From contig NC_092671.1 in the NCBI RefSeq assembly GCF_964355755.1, forward strand, positions 14,694,001-14,758,000: 64,000 bases of DNA. The letters are read 5' to 3'. Below are positions 45,109-57,400 of this stretch, in pieces (position 1 is the first letter of the stretch; each line of letters starts with the position of its first letter). This DNA comes from Antedon mediterranea (taxonomy: Eukaryota; Animalia; Echinodermata). The position numbers were made by a program, and so were the translations under genes. Below the pieces are notes generated by a model. It had not been told where the DNA came from. It made no database searches and worked only from the letters and a program-made list of their open reading frames with translations.

Positions 45109-48100
45109 ATTTGCTGTAATCATTTCAGAGCACATCTGGATGTACAGATACAAGACTGTCTGAACCAATTACAGGTAAAAAACACCATACAGTATGTACC
45201 TATGATTAATTTTAGTTTTTATATTTCTTTTCAGAGCTCACCTATGGATGTACAGATACAAGACTGTTGGAACCAATTACAGGTAAAAAACACCATACAG
45301 TATGCCTATGATTAATTTTTGTTTTTATCTTTCCTTTCAGAACACACTTATGAATGTACAGATACAAGACTGTTGGAACCAATTACAGGTAAAAAACACC
45401 ATACAGTATGCCTATGATTAATGTGTGTTTTTATATTTCTTTTCAGAGCACACTTATGGATGTACAGATACAAGACTGTTGGAACCAATTACAGGTAAAA
45501 AACACCATACAGTATGCCTATGATTAATGTGTGTTTTTATATTTCTTTTCAGAGCACACCTATGGATGTACAGATACAAGACTGTTGGAACCAATTGCAG
45601 GTAAAAAACACCATACAGTATGCCTATGATTAATGTGTGTTTTTATATTTCTTTTCAGAGCACACCTATGGATGTACAGATGTTGGAACCAATTACAGGT
45701 AAAAAACACCATACAGTATGCCTATGATTAATCAATAGGGTTGGTGAAATTCAGTCCAAAATATGCAGAATTTTTCCAAAATACGTCAAGTTGAGGGCGC
45801 TATACTAATCCAAAATACGCGAGTCTTTCCAAAATACGTCGACTTGGGGGCGCTATTCATTTTCCAAAATACGTGAATTGTCCAAAATACGTCAAGTTGA
45901 GGGCGCTAGTCATTTTCCAAAATACGCAATTTGTCCAAAATACGTCAATTTGGAACCGCTTGTAATTTTCCAAAATACGTCAACTTGAGAGCGCTATTCA
46001 TTTTCCAAAATACGCAATTTAAATAACTCCTTTACTTCTTCTAACCAATTAATTATTGATATTATTTTAATCACAATACCATATGCTTTTTATTATTATA
46101 TATTATATGAAATAATTATTATGTTAGATTTCAGATTAGGTAACTTATTAGACCATAAGTACTGTACATTAAATTGAAAGCGATGTTGGTCTGTCGAGCT
46201 CGGGAAAAATATCGATTTTGTAGATCACCAAATATATAACACATACCTATGACTATACTTAAATACTATATACGTACATGCTGGTTTTGTAGCCGGTTTA
46301 TGCCGCATTTAAACTAGCTACGTCTGGCAATGCAATCGTACATCGTTCAGACATTATTAACGTATATTATAGGCACTGTCTATTGACTGATGTTGGCACA
46401 TATTTGTTGTTTTTCAGTAATAAATGATTACATTGAAAAATAATAATTGGCTACTCTATGACATTTTATTTACAAAAAATTCTGCCTTCTAATACTTTCA
46501 TTTATAACTAAAATGTACTTGTTTGTTTTATTCCAAGAAACTTTTTTTGAATACATTAAACTGTAATTTTACCTTACACTCTCAATATGATACATTTGGA
46601 AAGGCTCTCGTATTTTGGAAAAAAAGTTTGCCGCCCTCAAGTTGACGTATTTTGGAAAATTACTAGCCGTCCCAAATTGCAAATTGACGTATTTTGGACA
46701 AATCGCGTATTTTGGAAATAAATAGCGCCCTCAATTTGACGTATTTTGGACAATTCATGTATTTGGGATGATTTATAGCGCCCTCAACTTGACGTATTTT
46801 GGACAATTCACGTATTTTGGAAAATGAATAGGGCCCTCAAGTCGACGTATTTTGGAAAGACTCGCGTATTTTGGATTAGTATAGCGCCCTCAACTTGACG
46901 TATTTTGGAAAAAATTCTGCGTATTTTGGACTGATGTTCACCAACCCGACAATGATTAATGTGTGTTTTTATATTTCTTTTCAGAGCTCACCTATGGATG
47001 TACAGATACAAGACTGTTGGAACCAATCACTGGTAAAAAACACCATACAGTATGTACCTATGATTAATGTGTGTTTTTATCTTTCTTTTCAGAGCTCACC
47101 TATGGATGTACAGATACAAGACTGTTGGAACCAATCACAGGTAAAAAACACCATACAGTATGCCTATGATTAATGTGTGTTTTTATATTTCTTTTCACAG
47201 AACACCTATGGATGTACAGATACAAGACTGTTGGAACCAATCACAGGTAAAAAACACCATACAGTATGCCTATGATTAATGTGTGTTTTTATATTTCTTT
47301 TCACAGAACACCTATGGATGTACAGATACAAGACTGTTGGAACCAATTACAGGTAAAAAACACCATACAGTATGCCTATGATTAATGTGTGTTTTTATCT
47401 TTCTTTTCAGAGCACACCTATGGATGTACAGATACAAGACTGTTGGAACCGATCACAGGTAAAAACACCATACAGTATGCCTATGATTAATGTGTGTTTT
47501 TATATTTCTTTTCAGAGCACACCTATGGATGTACAGATACAAGACTGTTGGAACCGATCACAGGTAAAAAACACCATACAGTATGCCTATGATTAATGTG
47601 TGTTTTTATATTTCTTTTCAGAGCACACCTATGGATGTACAGATACAAGACTGTTGGAACCGATCACAGGTAAAAAACACCATACAGTATGCCTATGATT
47701 AATGTGTGTTTTTATATTTCTTTTCAGAGCACACCTATGGATGTACAGATACAAGACTGTTGGAACCGATCACAGGTAAAAAACACCATACAGTATGCCT
47801 ATGATTAATGTGTGTTTTTATATTTCTTTTCAGAGCACACCTATGGATGTACAGATACAAGACTGTTGGAACCGATCACAGGTAAAAACACCATACAGTA
47901 TGCCTATGATTAATGTGTGTTTTTATATTTCTTTTCAGAGCACACCTATGGATGTACAGATACAAGACTGTTGGAACCAATTACAGGTAAAAAAAAACAC
48001 CATACAGTATGCCTATGATTAATGTGTGTTTTTATATTTCTTTTCACAGAACACCTATGGATGTACAGATACAAGACTGTTGGAACCAATCACAGGTAAA

Positions 48101-50530
48101 AAACACCATACAGTATGCCTATGATTAATGTGTGTTTTTATATTTCTTTTCACAGAACACCTATGGATGTACAGATACAAGACTGTTGGAACCAATTACA
48201 GGTAAAAAACACCATACAGTATGCCTATGATTAATGTGTGTTTTTATCTTTCTTTTCAGAGCACACCTATGGATGTACAGATACAAGACTGTTGGAACCG
48301 ATCACAGGTAAAAACACCATACAGTATGCCTATGATTAATGTGTGTTTTTATATTTCTTTTCAGAGCACACCTATGGATGTACAGATACAAGACTGTTGG
48401 AACCGATCACAGGTAAAAAACACCATACAGTATGCCTATGATTAATGTGTGTTTTTATATTTCTTTTCAGAGCACACCTATGGATGTACAGATACAAGAC
48501 TGTTGGAACCGATCACAGGTAAAAAACACCATACAGTATGCCTATGATTAATGTGTGTTTTTATATTTCTTTTCAGAGCACACCTATGGATGTACAGATA
48601 CAAGACTGTTGGAACCGATCACAGGTAAAAAACACCATACAGTATGCCTATGATTAATGTGTGTTTTTATATTTCTTTTCAGAGCACACCTATGGATGTA
48701 CAGATACAAGACTGTTGGAACCGATCACAGGTAAAAACACCATACAGTATGCCTATGATTAATGTGTGTTTTTATATTTCTTTTCAGAGCACACCTATGG
48801 ATGTACAGATACAAGACTGTTGGAACCGATTACAGGTAAAAACACCATACAGTATGTACCTATGATTAATGTGTGTTTTTATATTTCTTTTCAGAGCACA
48901 CCTATGGATGTACAGATACAAGACTGTTGGAACCAATTACAGGTAAAAAACACCATACAGTATGCCTATGATTAATGTGTGTTTTTATCTTTCTTTTCAG
49001 AGCACACCTATGGATGTACAGATACAAGACTGTTGGAACCGATCACAGGTAAAAACACCATACAGTATGCCTATGATTAATGTGTGTTTTTATATTTCTT
49101 TTCAGAGCACACCTATGGATGTACAGATACAAGACTGTTGGAACCGATCACAGGTAAAAAACACCATACAGTATGCCTATGATTAATGTGTGTTTTTATA
49201 TTTCTTTTCAGAGCACACCTATGGATGTACAGATACAAGATTGTTGGAACCAATTACAGGTAAAAAACACCATACAGTATGCCTATGATTAATGTGTGTT
49301 TTTATATTTCTTTTCAGAGCACACCTATGGATGTACAGATACAAGACTGTTGGAACCGATCACAGGTAAAAAACACCATACAGTATGCCTATGATTAATG
49401 TGTGTTTTTATATTTCTTTTCAGAGCACACCTATGGATGTACAGATACAAGACTGTTGGAACCAATCACAGGTAAAAAACACCATACAGTATGCCTATGA
49501 TTAATGTGTGTTTTTATATTTCTTTTCAGAGCACACCTATGGATGTACAGATACAAGACTGTTGGAACCGATCACAGGTAAAAAACACCATACAGTATGC
49601 CTATGATTAATGTGTGTTTTTATATTTCTTTTCAGAGCACACCTATGGATGTACAGATACAAGACTGTTGGAACCGATCACAGGTAAAAAACACCATACA
49701 GTATGCCTATGATTAATGTGTGTTTTTATATTTCTTTTCAGAGCACACCTATGGATGTACAGATACAAGACTGTTGGAACCAATCACAGGTAAAAAACAC
49801 CATACAGTATGCCTATGATTAATGTGTGTTTTTATATTTCTTTTCAGAGCACACCTATGGATGTACAGATACAAGACTGTTGGAACCGATCACAGGTAAA
49901 AAACACCATACAGTATGCCTATGATTAATGTGTGTTTTTATATTTCTTTTCAGAGCACACCTATGGATGTACAGATACAAGACTGTTGGAACCGATCACA
50001 GGTAAAAACACCATACAGTATGCCTATGATTAATGTGTGTTTTTATATTTCTTTTCAGAGCACACCTGTGGATGTACAGATACAAGACTGTTGGAACCGA
50101 TCACAGGTAAAAAACACCATACAGTATGCCTATGATTAATGTGTGTTTTTATATTTCTTTTCACAGAACACCTATGGATGTACAGATACAAGACTGTTGG
50201 AACCGATCACAGGTAAAAACACCATACAGTATGCCTATGATTAATGTGTGTTTTTATCTTTCTTTTCAGAGCACACCTATGGATGTACAGATACAAGACT
50301 GTTGGAACCGATCACAGGTAAAAAACACCATACAGTATGCCTATGATTAATGTGTGTTTTTATCTTTCTTTTCAGAGCACACCTATGGATGTACAGATAC
50401 AAGACTGTTGGAACCGATCACAGGTAAAAACACCATACAGTATGTAGCTGTGGTTAATTCTTTTTATCTTTCTTTTTAGAACACACCTATATAGAGATAA
50501 TAGACTTTTGGAACCAATCACATGTAAAAA
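45109..50530 (+). repeat. 106-bp tandem array, ~40 units (6 before and ~34 after the inserted transposon); unit = 48-nt exon-like + 58-nt intron-like
   Basis: Consensus ttttatatttcttttcag|AGCACACCTATGGATGTACAGATACAAGACTGTTGGAACCGATCACAG|gtaaaaaacaccatacagtatgcctatgattaatgtgtgt; the first and last units are diverged. Confidence 0.95.
45733..46951. mobile_element. Non-autonomous MULE/foldback-like DNA transposon with 9-bp TSD
   Basis: ATGATTAAT is duplicated at 45724-45732 and 46952-46960 (single in all other array units). Long TIRs start GGGTTGGTGAA..CAGTCCAAAATA, with subterminal CCAAAATACGTCAAGTTGAGGGCGCTA repeats. The outermost 4-5 nt mismatch. Confidence 0.88.
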
Positions 50531-51317
50531 CACAAATTATGTACCTATGAGTAAGACTAACCATATTATCACATGTACCATTAACTATTTATGACCATTA
50601 CTCTGTTCAGTTGTTGCTAATAAAGAATACCATAATGGTGGGATACTGTGAACAAATTAAAGCTAGCTACGTACTGGTACATTAAACATATTCGAATCTC
50701 ATATCTGTAATAATAATATTTATGAATGTAAATGACAAGAATAGATACAGTATTAAGAATAATACTACCAGGTACCATGTTGTTATTGTATATTTGCAAG
50801 ATCGATCGATTTTGCTAGTGGAGAAACATCCAAGAATTGCCAAAGGTAGAGTTTGTCAGTTGCAAAGAAATTGGTCTAAAAAACACATTTTTCGTACAAA
50901 TTTGCCATTCTAATATAGACTATTATGGATAAAGGAGAACTAGTATAAGACTTATGGTTTAGGAGGAGATAGAGGAACAAATTTTGGCTTAATGCTATTG
51001 TAATATAGATTAACCAAAATGATACCAAGGTAATTCATAAAATAGTATTGTATTGTATATTTCTAGTATTTACTGACATATTTAGAATATTTACCTACAG
51101 TAGCCATACTACTAATTGTCGCCGATACTTGAAAAGAAAACAATTATGTATTTCAATTATTTAAATATTCATTAGGTTATCTAGGTAATGAATGAATGAA
51201 TTTGATAACTTATATATAGTTAGCATTCCTCAACAAAAGAGCATATAAAGGTTATTTTTACATTATTTATTGTTAACTTTTTTTAAAACTCTTTAAAAAG
51301 TTCAAATATCTAAATTA

Positions 51318-51354
51318 TAGAGGGCGGTGTTTGTTCCAACCACCTCTCACGTGA
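51318..51354 (+). promoter_or_regulatory. GC-box-like TAGAGGGCGGTG plus palindromic TCACGTGA (CLEAR/MiT-TFE E-box) upstream of TPC2
   Basis: TCACGTGA at 51347-51354, ~120 nt upstream of ATG 51472. Confidence 0.55.
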
Positions 51355-51471
51355 TTAAATAAAAACATGAGTTTTGTGGTGAAGCAGCAGCGAAGTCTAA
51401 AGACGGTACAAACATTTTATTAGAACATTTAAAATAGCAGTGATGATTTACAATACTTTTATTTAGTTAAA

Positions 51472-54400
51472 ATGGCTACAGAAGAAATGCCGGAATCGGC
51501 CTACAGCATTCTGACGAACAGCATGTATTCATCAACAGAGATTGAGCATGAGCTTTTGTCCGGTAGAGATGACAGAAGTGATCTCTGCAGTAAGTTCCTT
51601 CCTGTCGTGTCTCTTGCTTGTCTGGTTGCGGTAGTAGGGCCTAGCCTTCTTAAGCCTAGCTTCATATGAAGTCTAGGCCTAAGGGCGCATTTATTTAATT
51701 ATATAGTATTTATTAAACCACAGTCTATCATAAAAATGATTTGCTGTTGTGATAATCTTTTGTTTGATAAATATAAAGGGAGCTTTTTAAAATTGTATTT
51801 ACTGATGAATAGAATAGGGCCTAGCTAGCCTAGGCCTAGCCTATATCTATCTAGGCTAGGCCTAGCCTACTACTACTAGTACGGTCGAAGCGGCCGCCAA
51901 CCAAAGCGGCCGCTAGTTCAATAACGGTAATTTGTATGGAACGCCGTGTGCGCTTTGACTGTCGTTGTTTTGTAATTTTTGATTGTCATTGTTTCGATCG
52001 ACAGGTTTTCTTTTTCTCGGACGTAAATAACATTTAACAACCTACATTATTAATATTATGTAATTTATTCTCTTTTTTTACAGATTGAATGTGATACATT
52101 ACGTTCTTTTAAACGAAATGGCGAATCGATGATTACTTACTTTAACTGTTTAATAAAGTCAATAAAATACATTGTGGTGTTTGTATTGTATATTAATATA
52201 ATATATAATAAGCCAATTATTAAGAATAATATATATATTTTTTCAATAAAGTATATCAAAATATATATATTTGTTATTGTATATTGAAAGTGTCTGTACG
52301 GTACGGTAATTAATTACGCAAATTTCTGCTAATAACTCGACTGGCGGCCGGCCAGGAATAGTGCTGTAGAAGGTCGTGTTTTCGTCTTCACGTTGCTTTA
52401 TTGAAAACACAAACAATGTATTACAATGGAATAACACTTAAATATATAAAATAACACACCCTATTACTAATCAATAAAAACAAGATTCGATAGTACAGTG
52501 TAAACGAGATATAAAAATTCGGCAATACCGTACGTAAATTATTATTGCAATACTGTATAAAGATTCGATGTAAATGAGATATAAAGATTCGGCAATACCG
52601 TACGTAAATTATTAATGCAATACTGTATGAAGATTTGATAGTATGTAAATGAGATATAAAGATTCGGCAATACTGTTACGTAAATTATTAATGCAATACT
52701 GTATAAAGATTCGATAGGAGAGTGCTCAAGAAACGTCGGGTCAGTTCAACGTTATTTTTCCCTTCACTGCCAATGTATTTAAAAAAAAAAAGAGATATAA
52801 ATAAACAAATAAATAGTACGTAAATGAGACATAAAGGTTCAATAGTATGTAGATTATGATGCAAACGTAAATTATTAATGATTCGATAGTATATGTAAAT
52901 ATATTTAGTTAGTTAATATTAAAATACAAATAAAATATACATTGATTTATCGGCAGGCAAAATTAGAAATATAAAGATTCGATAGTACATGATTTGGCTT
53001 ATATTTATTGGTTTGACCATACATACAGCTGTAACTCAACTCGCCATAGGCCATGGCGTTGACAACGACAATCAAAGATTAAAGCGCACATGGCGTTCCA
53101 TACAAATGACGATATTAAACTGGCGGCCGCTTCGACCATACTCCGTACTGTAGTAGGGTCTAGGTCTAGCTAGGAGGGATTTTGAAATTAGAATGATGGA
53201 TAGGAAAGCTAGGGCCTATGCCTCGCCTAGCTTTCTTCCGTCATATTTGTTTTCATCTCCGTTCTCTATTATAATTTTAAGTTATTAATATTTTATATAT
53301 ACCATTGTGCATTATTTAAAGATGTATTGTCCCTTGAAACACAAAAAATGAAAAAAAAAATATTCTAAATTTAAATTGGCCATATCAAAGTAATATTAAA
53401 GTTATTCACTTTAAGTTGAAAATTCGAGCCAAAAACAACAGTTTACGTAATTAACAGGTAAATTAATTAGATTACATTTCGTCTGAGAAATCGTCGCAAG
53501 CGAAAGTAAACAAAGATTTCAAACCATGAGTATGCATAATATGCATGATGCTAATTAGGATTGTTTACAACTCATCACCGTTGAGAAGGTGTTTTCACAC
53601 AGATCGCGAGGAAGTTTATGATTATGCATACAGAGTAGCCAAACAAGCGCATTGCATTATGGGATATGTTTTGATTGAAAACTTTGACTGAAAGTCAAAG
53701 TTATTTTTTGAACAAAAAAACATCTGTATTTCGGTAAAATTATTTTTTTTTTGACTAATTTTTGGTGAAAGTTAATAACTATTATGATACTTCAAAATGA
53801 CCCACTTTTTTTCGAAATTAAAAAAAAAAATTTTTTGTGGAATTAGTCAAAGGGACAATACATCTTTAATTGGTTATCCGCACTTGGCGGATAACCCCTT
53901 GTTATTGTCAGGATCTTTTTTTTTTTCTTTTTTTTTTTTTGGTTATCCGCACTTGGCGGATAACCTCTTGTTATTGTCAGGATCTTTTTTTTTTTTTTTT
54001 TTTTTTTTTTCGATATTCTTCTTTCTTTCCATGAATTTTGTTGCAAGCATATCTCTAATTCTGGCTAACAAATGACTGTATAACTTTGTCATAAGATTGC
54101 CCTGTAGCTGTAGATGTGCAAGAAACTTTTTTTTATGAATTTCGAGTCGCGCAGCGTAAGTTACGCGCGATTTTATGAATTTCAATGATTGATCATAGAT
54201 TAAAAACTAAAATTCATTTTGTATTGAAACTTGGTGAACATTTAAGTCATATAATGCGCAAACTTTCTATGGATTAAAAATGGCATGTTTTACAAAAAGT
54301 TACGCGCGCACGCGCGTTTAAAATTTCAAAATGCGAAAAATCAATATCTAATCAACTTTCTACGCGTTTCATGTCATTTTGAGCATTTAAAAAATTCCCA

Positions 54401-57400
54401 CGCGTGCGCAATTTTTTTACGCGCACGTGCGCACGTAGCGCAAAAACATCATTTTTTTGCTTGATTTTTGTTTTTCCTGTCTTTTTTAGAAAATTTACCA
54501 ACTTTCAAACAATTTCGACTTAAAATCACATCATACGAGCATGTAGAATTAAACAATTTACGCGCATTTTTGATGAAAAAGTTCAAAAATTAGTCAAAAT
54601 TATGCCTTTTTTTAAACAGTCATAAATTCTAAACTACGTGGTGAACTTTTTTATAATTACATATTCTGGTAGTAGATGAGTTGCAGATATCAAATCATGC
54701 ATCAATATGGCTAACCGGACATTGTGACGTCATCATATGGCTACTCGAATATAAAATATAGGATTTTTGTCTCTTTCCTCGTAGCTCGTCACACTTAATA
54801 TAGCGCATCTCCACTTATTTGTATTCCATTTCCCCCCATTTTTTTTTTTTTGTCTAGGTCTATCAATTATCTTTCGCACGATTCACCATTTTAAAAATTG
54901 TGATGACGTCATCATGTTCAAAAGCGTCAATAACTTTGGTCACTTATTTTCACCTATTCTGCACTGTATGTAGTACGTATACAGTATATAGTGTATACCG
55001 TATATACTCAGACGTGACGAAAAATAAAGAGCTTGCTGAAATTGTTTCAATTACTTAATCGTTTTTCTGCGCGCAATATTTTAACGTATGACGTGCACGT
55101 GGCCTTTGCGCTGCGGATAACCTAACTCGTCCGTAGTGACGAGTTCAAATCTAGTTAGTTATCCGCACTATGGCGGATAACTCCTTGTAACTGTCCTGTT
55201 TCATCATCTTTTTTTTTTTTTTTTTGGTTATCCGCAACGAAGTTGCAGGATAACCTCTTGTGATTGTACGAAATCATCAACATCAACTTTTTATTTCTCT
55301 TCTTTCTTTCTGTATGATTTTTGTGGAACGCTTTTCTCTAAAACTTGCAAACATAAAATTTTGTAACTTTTTCAACATATCGTCATGCACATGAAGATGT
55401 GCAGCGAAGCTTTTCATGATGTTTACAATTGCGCAACGTGACGTACGCGCGATTTAACGATTTTGTCGTATTTAACATAGCTCGACAACCAAATAACATT
55501 TCAACTTGAAACTTTGCAAAAGTTTAATTTATATCATGCGCTAACTTTCTGTTGAAAAAAAATTGCGTGTTTTACACAAAGTTACGCGCGCACGCGCATT
55601 TAAAATTTCAAAATGCGCAAAATTAATTTATAATCAACTTTCTACGCGTTTCATGTCGTTTTAAGCATGTCAAAAATTCCCACGCGTGCGCACATTTTTA
55701 CGTGTGCGGTGCGCACGTAGCATTCAAAATGTATTTTTTTCGCGTGATTTATAATTTTCCAGCCTTTTCTAGTAATTTTACCAAATTTTAAACAATTTCG
55801 ACTTAAAGATACGTCATACGAGCACGTCGAATTGGACAATTTTCGCGCGTTTTTTATGAAAAGGTTAAAAAATTCGTTTAAAATATGCCTTTTTTTAAAC
55901 AGTCGTAATTTCTAAACTAGACGGTCAACTTTTTGTGGATGACATATTCTGGAAGTAGATGAGTTATAGATATCGGATCAGGTATTAATATGGCTAACCG
56001 GATATTGTGACGTTATCGTATGGCCACGCGAATATAAAATTTACGATTTTTGTATCTTTCGTCATAGCTCATCACATTGAATAGAGCGCATCTCCACTTA
56101 TCCGTTTTCCATTTTCACCCCGATTTTGATATTGTCTAGGTCAATCAACTATCTTTCGAATGAGTTAAAAATATTTTAATTTTTTTGACGTCATCATGCC
56201 TAAAAATTTAAATCATGTGTGGCATTAATTTCATCTTTACTGTAAATTTTAATCTGTTATAGCTCGTAAGAATAAAATGTGATAATCACGATTAAAACTT
56301 TTTCTGGAAGCTATTGGATTGTAGATACGAAATTATGTTAAAATGTTGCCAATCGGATATGCGAAAGATAGTTGATTGACGTAGACAATATTACAATTTC
56401 GGGGGAAATGGAATACGTATAAGCGACATGCGCTTTGTTGAATGTGATGAGCAATAGCGAAACAGTAAAAAATCCAATATTTTACATTCGTGTGGCCATA
56501 CGATGACGTCATAACATCCGAGTGGTAAAGATTCTGCATGAATTCATATCTACAACATATCTGCTTACATATTAAATTAAAAAAATTGGGGGTAACGGTT
56601 GATCCTGAGGAGCTATAATAGATTAAAAATAGGCTTAATTTTGGCATTATGTTGTCACTTTTGCAACTAAAACGCGCGCAAATGGTGTAAATCAACGTGT
56701 TCGTATGACGTCATTTTAATTTGAAATGATGTCAATCTTTTTTAAAATAACTAGGAAAGACTGTCAAATCATAATTCAAGAGAAAAACACATGATTTTCG
56801 TGCTCCGTGCGCACCTTACGCGTAATTTTTTTCGCACGCGTGGGAATTTTTGACATGCTTAATGTTAATGTTGCACCACTTGCGCGGCGGATAACCAAAC
56901 TCGTCAAAGTGACGAGTTACATGTCTAGTTTTTTTTCTGTATTATTGGTTATCCGCAACGAAGTTGCAGGATAACCTCTTGTGATTGTACGAAATCATCA
57001 TCATCATCATCATCAACTTTTTATTCTTCTTCTTTCTTTCTGTATGATTTTTGTGTAACGCTTTTCTCTAAAACTCGCAAACATAACATTTCGGTAACTA
57101 TGTTAACATTTTGACATTTATGTAACGTCGTCAAGCGAAGCTTTTCGTGATGTTTACAATTGCGCAACGTGACGTACGCGCGATTTAACGATTTTCTCGT
57201 ATCTAACATATGTCGAAAACCAAATAACATTTTAAAGTGAAACTTTGCAAAAGTTTAATTTATATCATGCGCTAACTTTCTGTTGAAAAAAAATTGCGTG
57301 TTTTACACAAAGTTACGCGCGCACGCGTATTTAAAATTTCAAAATGCGCAAAATTAATTTATAATCAACTTTCTACGCGTTTTATGTCGTTTTAAGCATG

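Larger units (their letters stand above)
40681..50524 (+). ncRNA. Putative spliced transcript (lncRNA or decayed gene) running into the exon-intron tandem array
   Basis: Candidate exons ~40681-40741, 41047-41172, 42275-42372 (TACTAAC..TTTAG| ... AAAG|GTAAGT, stops in all three frames), then repeated 48-nt exons from 45129. No expression data. Confidence 0.35.

Noticed and set aside
46895-50350. Repeated ORFs MPMINVCFY...QIQDCWN as separate small genes
   Set aside because: They are read-throughs of the 106-bp repeat that depend on the length of an A-run; they cross the intron-like half.
45109-50530. CRISPR array
   Set aside because: Whole units are near-identical with no unique spacers, there are no cas genes, and the context is eukaryotic.
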